Part shown: piece after piece, positions 1 to 10,845 of the stretch
How the letters are laid out: each line of letters opens with the position of its first letter
How positions within the stretch are numbered: the stretch's first letter is position 1
DNA from: Candidatus Aldehydirespiratoraceae bacterium
Lineage (GTDB): Bacteria; Actinomycetota; Acidimicrobiia; Acidimicrobiales; Aldehydirespiratoraceae
Reading direction: 5' to 3'
DNA: 64,000 bases
Assembly (NCBI GenBank): GCA_965204595.1
Contig: CBDBEW010000005.1
Coordinates: 614,565-678,564, forward strand
Notes under the pieces: generated by a model
What the model saw: only the letters and a program-made list of their open reading frames with translations
What the model was told of the DNA's origin: nothing
Databases searched by the model: none
Program-made: the position numbers and the translations under genes

Positions 1-2
1 AT

Positions 3-1229
3 CGAGGGTCACAAGGCCCCCTTGTACTAGAACGAGGACCCGCCACCAACCCACTCTTTGAAGCCTTTCTTGAAGCCACCGTGCAGGCGGGACACCCACG
101 CACCACAGACGTAAACGGTGAGAAACAAGAAGGCTTCAATGCCTTTGACCGCAACGTTTTTCGTGGCCGCCGGCAAAGTGCTGCCAGAGCATATTTGCAT
201 CCAGTGTTATCTCGCAAGAACTTAGATTTAGCGACCCAAGCTTTCGTCACCAAAATAAACTTTGACGGCAACCAAGCCACGGGTGTGGAAATGATGCACT
301 ACCGAAGGCCTCGTTCTGTGACTGCCAACGAAGTCATCTTGAGTGGAGGTGCCATCAACTCACCGCAACTGCTGCAACTCTCAGGTGTTGGCCCCGCAAA
401 CCTGCTTGAACAACACGGTATTGGCGTAGTAGCCGATATTTGTGGGGTAGGGCAGAACTTGCAAGACCACTTGGAAGTCTACATTCAATACGCTTGCAAA
501 GAACCAGTCTCAATGCAACCAAATCTAGCCATCTGGAAACGCCCCTGGATTGGCCTCCAGTGGCTTACTCGTAGGGGGCCAGGTGCAACAAACCACTTTG
601 AAGCAGGTGGTTTTATTCGCAGCAACGACGAAGTTTCCTACCCCAATCTCATGTTTCACTTTTTACCGATCGCCATTCGCTACGACGGCTCAACACCGTC
701 AGGTGGTCACGGTTATCAAGTGCATGTCGGGCCAATGTATTCCGACTCACGGGGATTGGTTGAGATACGCAGCAACGATCCAAAAACCAAACCAGCAATA
801 CAATTCAATTACCTCTCAACCGACCAAGATAAAAGAGAATGGGTTGAAGCGATACGCCACGCCCGCCGACTACTCAACCAGCCTGCGATGACTAGATTCA
901 ATGGTGGCGAAATCTCACCAGGAGTCGAAGTTGAAACTGATGAACAGATACTTGACTGGGTTCGTGTAGATGCCGAAACAGCCCTGCACCCTTCATGCAC
1001 AGCAAAGATGGGAGTCGGTGACGATGCAGTACTAGACCCGCTATCTATGCGGGTTTACGGCACCGAGGGTTTGCGTGTTGTGGATGCATCATCCATGCCT
1101 TACATAACTAACGGAAACATTTATGCCCCAGTAATGATGATCGCTGAAAAAGCAGCCGACCTAATACTTGGTAATCAACCTTTAGCACCAGAAAACGTTG
1201 ATTACTATCGTCACCAGCACAGTCAATGA
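3..1229 (+). CDS. betA: choline dehydrogenase (GMC oxidoreductase), 5'-truncated by the window edge
   Basis: The frame is open from nt 3, with no stop before the listed GTG at 81. Blocks [71 protein letters not shown] and [11 protein letters not shown] match, from memory, the C-terminal two thirds of E. coli BetA. Confidence 0.9.
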   Translation, partial: RGSQGPLVLERGPATNPLFEAFLEATVQAGHPRTTDVNGEKQEGFNAFDRNVFRGRRQSAARAYLHPVLSRKNLDLATQAFVTKINFDGNQATGVEMMHYRRPRSVTANEVILSGGAINSPQLLQLSGVGPANLLEQHGIGVVADICGVGQNLQDHLEVYIQYACKEPVSMQPNLAIWKRPWIGLQWLTRRGPGATNHFEAGGFIRSNDEVSYPNLMFHFLPIAIRYDGSTPSGGHGYQVHVGPMYSDSRGLVEIRSNDPKTKPAIQFNYLSTDQDKREWVEAIRHARRLLNQPAMTRFNGGEISPGVEVETDEQILDWVRVDAETALHPSCTAKMGVGDDAVLDPLSMRVYGTEGLRVVDASSMPYITNGNIYAPVMMIAEKAADLILGNQPLAPENVDYYRHQHSQ

Positions 1230-2557
1230 CTAACCGCGAACCAAACGCCAAACCACCTAACCCGATGATAGAACCCGAGTTCCTAAAGTTCGACACGTTA
1301 AGCTTGCACGCAGGTCAACAAGTTGACCCAACCACTGGTGCTAGGGCGGTGCCGATATATATGACCACCTCCTATGTGTTTGAAGACACCGACCACGCCG
1401 CAGGTTTGTTCAACCTAGAAATACCCGGCCACCTCTACTCGCGGTTAACCAACCCAACTGTGGCCGTGCTTGAAGAACGTATCGCAGCACTAGAAGGGGG
1501 AGTAGGAGCGGTTTGTACTGCGAGTGGACAAGCCGCTTTTCATCTCGCGGTGGCCACATTGATGGGGCAAGGTGGCCACGTTGTGGCTAGCCGAAACATT
1601 TATGGTGGTACTCACCAGTTGCTGAACGTGACCCTACCCCGCTTTGGTATCACCACAACATTTGTCGATCCCCGCCAGCCCGCACAATTTGTGGCTGCTA
1701 TGCAACAAAACACCCGCTTAGTGTTTGCTGAAACTTTAGGCAACCCAGGTATTGAGGTGTTAGATGTTGCTGAGGTGGCAAAAGTAGCCCACGAAGCGGG
1801 TCTTCCGCTGATGGTGGACTCGACCTTCTCCACCCCGTATCTAATCCGCCCCATCGAGTATGGCGCGGATATCGTGATGCATTCGGTCACCAAGTTTCTT
1901 GGTGGGCACGGAGTCGCTTTAGGTGGCGTGCTCGTTGATGGAGGACGCTTTGATTGGGAAGCGTCGGGAAGGTTCGCAACCTTGACCGAACCTTATGTTG
2001 GGTATCACGGTATCTCATTTGCTGATGAGTTCGGGCCAAGTGCGTTCATAACCCGTGCCCGCGCCGAAGGACTACGTGATTTTGGTGCGTCTATGAGCCC
2101 GGCTAATGCCTTTCAGTTGCTGCAAGGCATCGAAACCTTACCGCTGCGTATGCAAAAACACGTTAGTAACACAGAACTAGTCGCCGAAATGCTTGCCGAC
2201 CACGCAGCGGTTAGTTGGGTAAAGTACCCAACCATTGCTAGTCACCCCGATCGAGAACTTGCAAAGCGGCTATACCCCAAAGGCGCGGGAGCTATCTTGA
2301 GCTTCGGCATCAAGGGAGGTCGTGAAGCGGGTCGCAAATTCATTGAGTCGCTTCGCTTAGCGTCACACTTAGCGAACGTGGGTGATGCTAAAACCTTAGT
2401 GTTGCATCCAGCAAGCACAACACATCAACAATTGTCAATAGCAGATTTGGATGCTGCTGGTGTGGGTGAAGACCTAATACGCGTATCGGTGGGGCTTGAA
2501 GACCCACAAGACATCATTAACGACTTGGCGCGTGCCTTGCGCGCTTCTCAACGTTAG
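1226..2557 (+). CDS. metY: O-acetylhomoserine sulfhydrylase / aminocarboxypropyltransferase (PLP-dependent)
   Basis: 443-aa ORF with an ATGA stop/start overlap with betA. It has the PLP-lysine block [11 protein letters not shown] and YSRLTNPT, typical of the Cys/Met-metabolism PLP family. The length fits MetY. Confidence 0.85.
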   Translation: MTNREPNAKPPNPMIEPEFLKFDTLSLHAGQQVDPTTGARAVPIYMTTSYVFEDTDHAAGLFNLEIPGHLYSRLTNPTVAVLEERIAALEGGVGAVCTASGQAAFHLAVATLMGQGGHVVASRNIYGGTHQLLNVTLPRFGITTTFVDPRQPAQFVAAMQQNTRLVFAETLGNPGIEVLDVAEVAKVAHEAGLPLMVDSTFSTPYLIRPIEYGADIVMHSVTKFLGGHGVALGGVLVDGGRFDWEASGRFATLTEPYVGYHGISFADEFGPSAFITRARAEGLRDFGASMSPANAFQLLQGIETLPLRMQKHVSNTELVAEMLADHAAVSWVKYPTIASHPDRELAKRLYPKGAGAILSFGIKGGREAGRKFIESLRLASHLANVGDAKTLVLHPASTTHQQLSIADLDAAGVGEDLIRVSVGLEDPQDIINDLARALRASQR

Positions 2558-2573
2558 GCACGCTGGCAGCAAT

Positions 2574-3416
2574 ATGGAGGTAACGCTACATAACCGCAGG
2601 CTGCGTTATGCTGATGGTGGCAGGCCGCATCACAGCAGGGCAGGGGATGCAAATGAACCCCTTGAACCTTTAGTGATTATGTTGCATGGGGCGGGCATGA
2701 ACCGCACGGTGTGGCAATTACAAACCCGCTACCTTGCACACAAGGGCTACCGAGTTGCGGCGCTTGATTTACCGGGGCACGGGGGTACGCAAGGGCCACC
2801 CCTTGTAAGTATTAGCGAGCTAGCTGATTGGGTGGCTGACGTTATGGTTGGGTTTGAGTGGCATAAGGCGCATGTTGTGGGTCATTCAATGGGCAGTTTT
2901 ATTGCTTTGGAGTTGGCTTCACGCTATGGGACGATGGTGGATTCGTTGATGTTGTTGGGCACGGCAACCGAAATGCGGGTGCATCCGCAACTGCTTGAAG
3001 CTGCTACAACAGATTTGGCGAGAGCCGCGGCTTTGGTGACTTCTTGGGGATATGGTGCTCGTGCCCATATTGGTCAGCATCCCACTCCTGGTGCGTGGCA
3101 GCTAGGTGGCTCAAGGGCCCTGATTGAAACGGCGGAGCCGAGCAGCCTAGCGGTTGACTTAAATGCGTGTGCTAATTACCACGATGCAGCTGCTGCAGCG
3201 AAAACCGTTAACTGCCCTGTGTCTATTGTCTTGGGTGGTGAAGACAAAATGACCCCAACGCGTGCCGCGCAAGTGCTGTTAGCGGCCTTTGATCCTCCCG
3301 CTAGGGTTGAGGTTTTTGATGGGGTTGGTCATATGATTCCAGTTGAGGCACCCAATCAAACCCGTGTCGTTATAGCGCGAACTCTTGATGCTGTAACGGA
3401 GGAATCAGTTATTTAG
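2574..3416 (+). CDS. alpha/beta-fold hydrolase
   Basis: ORF 2496..3416. I prefer the ATG at 2574, just after the metY stop. It has the nucleophile elbow GHSMGS, an HGAG oxyanion block and a C-terminal GVGHM histidine block. Confidence 0.7.
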   Translation: MEVTLHNRRLRYADGGRPHHSRAGDANEPLEPLVIMLHGAGMNRTVWQLQTRYLAHKGYRVAALDLPGHGGTQGPPLVSISELADWVADVMVGFEWHKAHVVGHSMGSFIALELASRYGTMVDSLMLLGTATEMRVHPQLLEAATTDLARAAALVTSWGYGARAHIGQHPTPGAWQLGGSRALIETAEPSSLAVDLNACANYHDAAAAAKTVNCPVSIVLGGEDKMTPTRAAQVLLAAFDPPARVEVFDGVGHMIPVEAPNQTRVVIARTLDAVTEESVI

Positions 3417-3875
3417 GCTCGGACGAGTGAAGTTGTATGCATAGGAAATAAGCACCCAAAGTAGTGCTACTGGGGTTCCGACAAAATAGAAGTAGACGTA
3501 GACAAATCCTACGGTTGGTTCCTCACTGTAAGCATAAAGGCACTGTGGTACGAAATATGAGATCGATACGACTGCACAAACTATTGCAAGCGTAATTTTG
3601 TTCATTCTTGCCGCGCCCAGTATCAACAGATTAAAGGGGACTATAATGCCAACGATATATGCGGGGCGAACCCAATTGAATTGCTCCACTCCAGCAATAT
3701 GGATGATTATTTCTCCCAAGTACGCGCCTATAAGTGCAGCTACGCTCAACCAAATGAGGTTAATCAAATAAGTCCCAACTCTACGACGAAGATTGGCAAG
3801 CGACCATATACTCTCAGACCTGAGTGCAGGCTTGAACCTGCTACCAAGTTTAACGGTCTTGCTGTGTCCAATCAT
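3405..3875 (-). CDS. hypothetical multi-pass membrane protein
   Basis: 156-aa ORF with several hydrophobic segments. It is visibly more AT-rich than its neighbours. No family recognised. Confidence 0.4.
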   Translation of the reverse strand: MIGHSKTVKLGSRFKPALRSESIWSLANLRRRVGTYLINLIWLSVAALIGAYLGEIIIHIAGVEQFNWVRPAYIVGIIVPFNLLILGAARMNKITLAIVCAVVSISYFVPQCLYAYSEEPTVGFVYVYFYFVGTPVALLWVLISYAYNFTRPSLNN

Positions 3876-4150
3876 CGTTTAGTTTTCCGTGCATCTTTGC
3901 TAGCCATCACAGCCAGTTACGAACTCAGCGAACTATCGCTGTGAACGTTAACTATAGTGTAAAATCTATAACTTGTCAAATCTCACGAGAAGTGCCACAT
4001 TCAATTCTGGTTGCGACAGCAATCAACGGGTGAAGGATGGCACCTGTAGTGCCCCAGACAGTGTCGCCGCCGAGCTCAAAGAAAGTGACCACCGGCGGCT
4101 CCAGATACCGGAGTAATGGCGAGACCTCCTCGCGCTGCACCACGGCCACG

Positions 4151-5938
4151 CTATAGCGCAAGCTCTTGATGCGCCAACTGATGTACTTGTGCAGGAATCC
4201 AGCCACGAACCGAGTTGATTAGCCACACTTGATTAGCGCGGTGTAGGTCTGCGATGGTCAACACTGCTTCTTCAATGCGGTGGTGTGCTAGCAGTTCGGC
4301 TCGCAAAGTGCCCGGTAACAAGCCACTTGATGCCACAGGCGTGAGCATCATCCCAGCTATCTCTAGCACCACATTGGCGATGGTGGTTTCTGTGATTTCA
4401 CCACGTTCGTTCCACAACAACACATCGTCAACATCTCGTTGCCGGGCCAGTGCTTGATCGTAGCGGTCACGGCGAGTGGTTTTAAAGCGTAAGAATTCAT
4501 CTTCACTAGACACCGGCAAGGTATCTAAGGCGATCTTGTATTTTGTTGTGGCGCAAGGTGGAGCAAGGGTTGACACCTGAACTTCGATCGCCCCATCTGC
4601 TGCAACCAACAACCGCACCCGTGAGGTGGTTTTGCCACGAATGGCACCAAGCCTGCGTCGGACTTCGCCCACATCAACTTCAAACCCGAAGTGTTGTGCA
4701 GCCTCGGTGAGTCGCTTTAGGTGGCGGTCAAGCAAGATGGCACCCGCGCCGGGTTCCCAAGCGAGAGTTTCAAGCAAACGAAACGGTTTAGTTGCTTGGT
4801 GAAGTATTCGTGCTTTGGTGTGTGCTTCGCGCCATTCAGCACTAGGTTCAGAGTCCCACACGATGCCCCCCCCAACACCATAAGTTGCTTGCTTGGCGTG
4901 GCGGTCAACCCAGACGGTGCGAATGGCGATATTGAACTCAGCATCACCACCAGGTTCAACCACACCAATAGAACCTGTGTAGATGCCGCGTGGCTCATCT
5001 TCTAGCTGAGCAATGATGCGGCTCGCAGCGATTTTGGGGGCACCCGTTATTGATGCTCCAGGGAAGGTGGCTTGCAGCACCTCTTGAAGCGGTGCTTTGC
5101 TTTTTGCGGTGATTGTTGAGGTCATTTGATGCACGGTAGGGTAGCTCTCAACGGTGTGAAGTTTGGTTACTTGAACAGTTCCGGGTTGTGCGACTCTCCC
5201 TAAGTCGTTGCGAGCTATGTCGACAATCATGGTGTTCTCGGCACGGTCTTTTTCGCTACGAAAAAGTTCGTTAGCTAAATCACGGTCACACATGGGATCA
5301 AGATGACGGCCTCTCGTGCCCTTCATCGGGCGAGTGGTTAACGTGGTTCCCCTACGCACGATGAGTTGTTCTGGTGAGGCCGAACACACTGCTGATGAGC
5401 CAAAGTCCAAAAACGCGAGATGATCGCCGCGCTGGGCCCTACAAAGTGCTGCGAACAAACCTTCGGGATCACCACTGAAATCGCTGTGCAGCCTTAAGGT
5501 GTAGTTGACTTGGTAGGTTTCACCAGCGGCAATAAGCGACCGTATCTTCTGCAAATTTGTTTCGTATTCTTCTTGGCTAATGTTTGCTTTCCAAGACATC
5601 GCTGAGTAATTTCTGCCCGTGGGGCCGCGGCTTCGATGTGGCTGTTGGAAAGCACCAAAAGCAACTAAGGGCACCGTGGGATTGAGTTGGCTGCAAAGTG
5701 CGTTGTCAAATGCAGGTGCGGCATCGTAACTAATGAAGCCAACTAGCCAGAGTCCATGCTTGGCAGCTACTTCTATGTCATTTATGGTTGTGTTGACCTC
5801 GCCGTGATTTGTGGCAACAAAGTGCTCTATGGGATCGCGAAACTCTAACCAACTTCGTCCCTGCGCACACTCGTGGCGAACCAACGCTCGCCGCAGCTTT
5901 AATGGCAGAGTTGCGCCTCTAATGAACGGTGAAGCCAC
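4151..5938 (-). CDS. pabB: aminodeoxychorismate synthase component I fused to aminodeoxychorismate lyase (PabB-PabC fusion)
   Basis: 595-aa ORF. The N-terminal roughly 430 aa carry chorismate-binding blocks (PGASITGAPK, GIYTGSIGV, GVGGGIVWDSEP). The C-terminal roughly 165 aa look like a class IV aminotransferase/ADC lyase (VLLWNERGEITETTIANV, PGTLRAELL, LINSVRGW). Confidence 0.8.
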   Translation of the reverse strand: MASPFIRGATLPLKLRRALVRHECAQGRSWLEFRDPIEHFVATNHGEVNTTINDIEVAAKHGLWLVGFISYDAAPAFDNALCSQLNPTVPLVAFGAFQQPHRSRGPTGRNYSAMSWKANISQEEYETNLQKIRSLIAAGETYQVNYTLRLHSDFSGDPEGLFAALCRAQRGDHLAFLDFGSSAVCSASPEQLIVRRGTTLTTRPMKGTRGRHLDPMCDRDLANELFRSEKDRAENTMIVDIARNDLGRVAQPGTVQVTKLHTVESYPTVHQMTSTITAKSKAPLQEVLQATFPGASITGAPKIAASRIIAQLEDEPRGIYTGSIGVVEPGGDAEFNIAIRTVWVDRHAKQATYGVGGGIVWDSEPSAEWREAHTKARILHQATKPFRLLETLAWEPGAGAILLDRHLKRLTEAAQHFGFEVDVGEVRRRLGAIRGKTTSRVRLLVAADGAIEVQVSTLAPPCATTKYKIALDTLPVSSEDEFLRFKTTRRDRYDQALARQRDVDDVLLWNERGEITETTIANVVLEIAGMMLTPVASSGLLPGTLRAELLAHHRIEEAVLTIADLHRANQVWLINSVRGWIPAQVHQLAHQELAL

Positions 5939-6100
5939 TTCAGAAAATGTTACCCAATATGTGGAAATTTATTGCATCTGCTTGCAAGTATGTAATGGTG
6001 AAACGTGTGCCACAAAGCGCCACAAGTCTCTGTCTTCACTGAACTCAGCAACGTGAACACTGGTATAGCTTAGAAGCCTGTTAGGAGGAAAGGGCTATTG

Positions 6101-6152
6101 GCTGGTCTGGTGGTTTCAACGTTTGCTTTGGCGATACACTGGAGCGTTGCTG
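6101..6152. repeat. IS-associated repeat, copy 1 (near-identical to 11891..11942)
   Basis: ggctggtCtggtggttTcaacgTttgCtttggcgatacactggagcgttgctg. The last 26 nt (6127..6152) are identical to 11917..11942, and the upstream 26 nt differ at 4 positions. It lies just outside the low-coordinate end of the IS3 copy. Confidence 0.7.
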
Positions 6153-6185
6153 TGTGGGCTTCCCTCTGTTTGCTTGACACATAGT

Positions 6186-7068
6186 TTACGCGGCTTGTGC
6201 TAGTTGTTGGTGGTTTTCTGATTCTGTTGGGATTTGGTAGTTGAGGCTGGAGTGTAGCCGGTGGTTGTTGTAGCGGCTGATCCAGGCGAAGATAGCTCGT
6301 CTGGCTTGGTTGCGGGTCGCGAACCGTGTTTGTGAGATGAGTTCTCGTTTCAGGGTCGCGAACAACGACTCGGCGACGCTGTTGTCCCAGCAGTTGGCGA
6401 CGCGTCCCACTGAGTGACGCATCTGGTGATGTTTCAACGCGTCGGCGAACTCGCCCGACAGGTACTGACTGCCGCGGTCGCAGCAACACCACGCCAGCGG
6501 TGTGATGGCTCCTGGTGGCAGCCGCGGTGTGCAACGCGTCGCACACGAGTTCGGCGCGAACGTGGTTGGGCATCTGCTAGCCGATCGCTCTTCGCGACCT
6601 CAAGTCGAGGACCGCAGCTAGGTGCAGCCACCCCTCGGCGGTGTGCATGTGGGTGATGTCACCAACCCAGACACTGTCGGTATGTCCGACACCAAAATCG
6701 CGGCGCACCAGATCCCCAGGCGTTGACCGTTCCGTCGGTGCTTGCCCGTAGCGTGGTTTGCGGCACTTATACACACCGCAGATCCCGTTGATTGCCATGA
6801 GACGTTTGACGCGTTTGTGGTTCACGCGCACACCTTGCCGGCGCAGCTGTGCACACACCCTCGGCGAGCCGTACGCTCCGGCAGAGTCGGCGTGAATCCG
6901 CCGTATCTGCGCGACCAGCTCAACCTCAGCGTGGTTCTCGACGTTGAGGTCTCGGCCTCGTTTGTGCCACGCGTAGAACCCCTGCCGAATGACACCGGCG
7001 ACCCGGCAAGCTGATCTGGTTGGGAACCCTTCGGCCTTCCGGGAAGCGACCCAGCGGTAGCGGGTCAC
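6186..7068 (-). pseudogene. IS3-family transposase orfB (DDE/rve integrase), split across three frames
   Basis: Piece 6577..7068 (RYRWVASRKAEGFP..HTDSVWVGDITH) is followed by ELVCDALHTAAATR in a second frame (within 6070..6573). Piece 6186..6437 (CWDNSVAESLFATLKRE..YNNHRLHSSLNYQIP) follows in a third frame. At least two frameshifts are needed. Confidence 0.8.
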
Positions 7069-7382
7069 TGTCCCAACTCCAACACCGCGAAGGCCGTCGC
7101 TCGTTTGAGCAGTTCACGCTCCATCCGCAGCTTGGCGTTCTCACGACGCAGGCGAACCAGCTCGGTTCATTCGCTCGTCGTCAGCCCAGGCCGCTCTCCG
7201 CGGTCGATGCGGGCCTGGCGAACCCAGTTCCCCAAAGTTCCCTCACCGATCCCGAGATCGCGTGCCACCGCAGCGGCCGGCCGGTCCCCGTCCAGCACCA
7301 ACGCCACAGCATCAGCTTTGAACTCTTTACTGAACCGCCGCCGAGAAACCGGCGGCGGCCTATCTGTTTCCATCAATGACAT
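7065..7382 (-). pseudogene. IS3-family transposase orfA (HTH) with an in-frame TGA
   Basis: MSLMETDRPPPVSRRRFSKEFKADAVALV...TTSE is followed by TGA at 7167..7169. The same frame then continues as TELVRLRRENAKLRMERELLKRATAFAVLELGQ, a leucine-zipper-like orfA tail. The orfB GTG at 7068 overlaps the orfA stop. Confidence 0.8.
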
Positions 7383-7608
7383 GATTACCTACTAATCGAA
7401 GTGTCAAGCCAAAGGGGGGATGCTCAAATCCTCTCCCAGCCTCTCAGCCACGAACCCCGACCCCTTAAACAAATCAACCTGACACGGCTCCACATACATC
7501 GTAACGGCACGAAACTCCCCAGCTAAGCGAACTACACCCATGAAACTCTACCACCCGACACCACCACAACACACAAAAACACCAGCCACCTAGATGGCGA
7601 ATCGGCCC

Positions 7609-8952
7609 TCATTCCTGCCAGACGGCGCGGCGCACTCCTTGCGTGATGACGTTGAACCTGCCCTCCGCGATGGCAAGCGTTCCAATTCTCCCGTCCGACA
7701 ACGTGACTAGCAAATGACCGCGGACTAGGTCCATGTCGGCTACCACTCCGTCGATCTTGACTTCGTGCAGAGGCGTGAGGTCCGGTACGTCGACGATCAC
7801 AATCCGCGCCTCAGTCGCGCTGCAAGGGAACAGCGGCGCTGTGCATGGCTGCTCGGCGACCACAAGATTACCGGAATCATCACCGGTGGGAAACATCCAA
7901 CCCGATCCGCGGGAATTGATCGTGACCTTTGACTCCGAGTCAACGTAAACCACCCAAGACATCCACTCTCCTTCGCTGTACCTCCATAGTTGAGCTGCTA
8001 AGTTCGGAGCATCAAGCCACGACACGCCACTAACGAAATCAAGGTCAACGACTTCAGTGTCGGTTTGTTGCAATTCGCGAGTCGGCGGCTCTTCGATAAG
8101 ATAATAGTGGCGCTGCCCCAACGCTTTTGAAATCGCACCGGACATGTCAACCGTAGCAAACTTGATCACGCCCATAGGTCTAAGGATGGGGTCAACGTAC
8201 AGAAGTCGGTTTTGGCCGTCGATTGAAGGATCGGTACCGCTAGCTGTAAACCAGCCCATCTCACCGGTTACGGTGTCAAGGATCTCGAAACTACCGACTG
8301 CAGGTTCACAACAGGTACTCACTAGGACATAGCCAGGTTCAATCCACTCGAGATCATCAATGAACCCCGGAGGTATCTCCGCGAATTCCGGCATTATCTC
8401 TGCAGCATTGGCAACGCCTCTGTGATCGAATCCTGTCTCGCCACAATCAAATAGCGCGTAGTTGGGGGCCGGGTTGAGACCCGGGTACCGCCACAGTGTC
8501 ACCGCCTCGCCGGTTGCCGAATCTATAGCAACGATATCGCAGTTATCTGTCGAAGCGATTATCCCCGTTGGCATCGCACCGATGGGCTCGAACGGTTTAC
8601 CAGTCAACCGCAAACCTCCAACGAGCGGATCCCCCAGTACCGGCAACGAAATCGATGTCTCCTCTATACCCCACTCTTCACGATATCGAAGCCATTCATC
8701 ACCAACTTTAGGCTCATCACTAGAGCTAGCCTCTTCTTCAGAGCTATCTTCGTTCAGTCTCGAGCTAGTGGTCGTTGGCAATGACTCCAGCGGACGAGAA
8801 GTTAAGGTACCCAACACTGTCTCGCTATCGTACTGACTGGGACTGGCCGTTATAGTCGATTCGGTAGCGCGTTCGTTCGTCGCACATCCAACAGTGATCA
8901 GCACAAATAGAATCACCATCTGCTTCCCGACAAACGCAAAGTAGCTTGTCAT
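7609..8952 (-). CDS. hypothetical exported / membrane-anchored protein
   Basis: 447-aa ORF. The N-terminal hydrophobic segment ends in ITVGC (a lipobox-like cysteine, not canonical), followed by a Ser/Thr/Glu-rich linker. No family recognised. Confidence 0.5.
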   Translation of the reverse strand: MTSYFAFVGKQMVILFVLITVGCATNERATESTITASPSQYDSETVLGTLTSRPLESLPTTTSSRLNEDSSEEEASSSDEPKVGDEWLRYREEWGIEETSISLPVLGDPLVGGLRLTGKPFEPIGAMPTGIIASTDNCDIVAIDSATGEAVTLWRYPGLNPAPNYALFDCGETGFDHRGVANAAEIMPEFAEIPPGFIDDLEWIEPGYVLVSTCCEPAVGSFEILDTVTGEMGWFTASGTDPSIDGQNRLLYVDPILRPMGVIKFATVDMSGAISKALGQRHYYLIEEPPTRELQQTDTEVVDLDFVSGVSWLDAPNLAAQLWRYSEGEWMSWVVYVDSESKVTINSRGSGWMFPTGDDSGNLVVAEQPCTAPLFPCSATEARIVIVDVPDLTPLHEVKIDGVVADMDLVRGHLLVTLSDGRIGTLAIAEGRFNVITQGVRRAVWQE

Positions 8953-9025
8953 CTGTTGTAGCTAATTCGAGTATGTATCAAACATTCCCGCACGAACAAG
9001 ACAAATCCCAAGACCCAGATCCAAC

Positions 9026-9817
9026 TTACCTATATCGGCTCGCAAAGCCAGTATCTCTATAGGTAGCAAGACCAGTACTTCTAACGGGAGCAAACCCATT
9101 CTTCATCAGCAAATACAATAGTATATACATAGCCCAATAATTCGTAGTAGGAGACAAACGACCCATTCCCAGTTGAGCGAGAAGATTATCGTATGCTGTT
9201 TGGGTTTTCAGACCCCATTGGCCGTCAATAGACAAACTGGCGCTACTATACAAATTGCAAGATGTCTGTACTAATGTAGTATCTGTTTTTACGCTGGTCC
9301 GGAGAGCAGGGGGTAGAGACGTTCCATTTCCATTGTTATCTACATGAATGTGATCTTGGTGGGCAGGATTGTACGCGTTTGTCAAGACTGTCGCACAGTA
9401 TATTCTCAGACCTGCCCAAACTGCCAGGTAACCACGTCGTTGTGCAAGTGTCTGTGAACTCACCCAAGACACATTCATATCAAGCAACACATGATCAAAC
9501 TGAATTGCAGTGATATCTAAAGCACTGCCAGTACTATGGCATCCACTTTTATTGGCCTTAGCTCCCGCCGATCCCATCCACTTAATATCGCCATACGTCG
9601 TAGACGATGACCTTGACGTACTAGCAATTGAGCCAACAGCCCTGCTGATCTGAGTGTAAAACTGGGGGTCAAATCGATCACGGTGGTTTGGAGAGCCGTG
9701 AACTTGGTAGTTGCCGGGAAGTTTAGGTTCTTCAGTACGATATCGTAGGCCATAACTTGACGAAAAAATGTGGCCGCGACGGATATAGGGGGCATCATAA
9801 TTCGTAACACAGGTCAT
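9026..9817 (-). CDS. putative LAS-type zinc hydrolase with a C-terminal peptidoglycan-binding-like segment
   Basis: 263-aa ORF with an ATGA overlap with the upstream gene. It has H-x6-D (HSTGSALD) and H-x-H (HQDHIHVD) motifs as in LAS/M15-fold enzymes, and IDGQWGLKTQTAYDNLL resembles PG_binding_1. No signal peptide seen. Confidence 0.45.
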   Translation of the reverse strand: MTCVTNYDAPYIRRGHIFSSSYGLRYRTEEPKLPGNYQVHGSPNHRDRFDPQFYTQISRAVGSIASTSRSSSTTYGDIKWMGSAGAKANKSGCHSTGSALDITAIQFDHVLLDMNVSWVSSQTLAQRRGYLAVWAGLRIYCATVLTNAYNPAHQDHIHVDNNGNGTSLPPALRTSVKTDTTLVQTSCNLYSSASLSIDGQWGLKTQTAYDNLLAQLGMGRLSPTTNYWAMYILLYLLMKNGFAPVRSTGLATYRDTGFASRYR

Positions 9818-10812
9818 AGTTCGACTCCTCTATCTGATTCAATGACAAATTGGCCTGGAAGAATCTCCAAGACCCAAGTATTTTGACGTCCAGTTGAAGA
9901 GATTCGATCATGTGCAAACAGTCTCCTAGTACTCCCAAATCTTGAAACAGGCACTAAAGACTCCTTAGTCCCTCCATTCTCAAGATTAACATAGATCGTG
10001 CGAACACGCGAACCCTGCTCATTTAACAGAACAGCCACCCTTGCTCCATCGAGGTCAACGGTTTCTACCCCCAAAATAGAATGTCCATCAAAGCGAGACA
10101 ATTCGTGAAACGCAATCATCTGTCCATCCTCCGGAGACATCTCAACGCCCACCAACCGATTCGAAATATTCGTTTCCAGATCATCGCTAGCGATAAACAG
10201 TATAAACAAACGATTGCTAAAGAAATGCACAGATAATGGTTCATAGTGTCTTTCCGAAAATTGTGATTTCCATCTTTTATGTGGAGAGAAACGAGATAAA
10301 ATTCCGCCCTTATCGTTCAATAGTATCACTTCTGGAAATATCTGAGAGATAGTAACCAAATTGTGTCCACTAGTTTGCATTCCTTTGAGTTGGACATTTT
10401 CAGCATTCAAAAATTCCCGCATGCCAAAATCGAGGGCACGCGATTCTCTGTAGCTTCTAATACTGCTAACCGAAGTCTTCAGAATAAGTATTGCACCTGT
10501 GATTGGAGATACGCCAACTGCTACTGCGCCTTGTCCAACTGTAAGTCGTGCAATCTCAGGGCCATGATACACCAAGCGGTTTTGTTCAAGTCTCATCTTT
10601 CTAACGCTCACGTCCTGATCTCCAATAGCCATCAGTGCTACGGCTAAACTAGAGTCGACCCATGCCAGCGCCCGTAGTGAAATGTGGCTGCCTGCAATGA
10701 AGGAATCGTCATAAGCTGCTACCGCTTGACCGCCCACGTTGAAGCCTAACGCACCGATACCTACTGTAGCGGCAGCACCTACAACGAACGTTCTACGTCC
10801 GATTTCAACCAT
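9814..10812 (-). CDS. hypothetical protein with a twin-arginine (Tat) signal
   Basis: 332-aa ORF. The N-terminus MVEIGRRTFVVGAAATVGIGALG carries an RR-x-F motif plus an h-region. The gene is AT-richer than the backbone. Confidence 0.5.
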   Translation of the reverse strand: MVEIGRRTFVVGAAATVGIGALGFNVGGQAVAAYDDSFIAGSHISLRALAWVDSSLAVALMAIGDQDVSVRKMRLEQNRLVYHGPEIARLTVGQGAVAVGVSPITGAILILKTSVSSIRSYRESRALDFGMREFLNAENVQLKGMQTSGHNLVTISQIFPEVILLNDKGGILSRFSPHKRWKSQFSERHYEPLSVHFFSNRLFILFIASDDLETNISNRLVGVEMSPEDGQMIAFHELSRFDGHSILGVETVDLDGARVAVLLNEQGSRVRTIYVNLENGGTKESLVPVSRFGSTRRLFAHDRISSTGRQNTWVLEILPGQFVIESDRGVEL

Positions 10813-10845
10813 ATTTTGGCTCCTGGCTAACTAGATCCATACTAT

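Larger units (their letters stand above)
6171..7411 (-). mobile_element. IS3-family insertion sequence, decayed copy
   Basis: Terminal inverted repeats are TGCTTGACAC (6171..6180) and the reverse complement of gtgtcaagcca (7401..7411), with TG...CA ends. It has an orfA/orfB layout with orfB in the -1 frame. The size is typical of IS3-family elements. Both ORFs are disrupted (see pseudogene entries). Confidence 0.8.

Noticed and set aside
3976-4226. Small minus-strand ORFs (76 and 67 aa) overlapping the 3' end of pabB-pabC.
   Set aside because: There is no recognisable family and no obvious RBS, and they overlap the end of a well-supported gene. Evidence is insufficient.
6171-7411. A functional IS3 element using programmed -1 frameshifting between orfA and orfB.
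   Set aside because: Beyond the normal orfA/orfB frame offset, there is an in-frame TGA inside orfA (7167..7169) and orfB is split over three frames. I saw no A-rich slippery heptamer at the overlap. The copy is best treated as dead.
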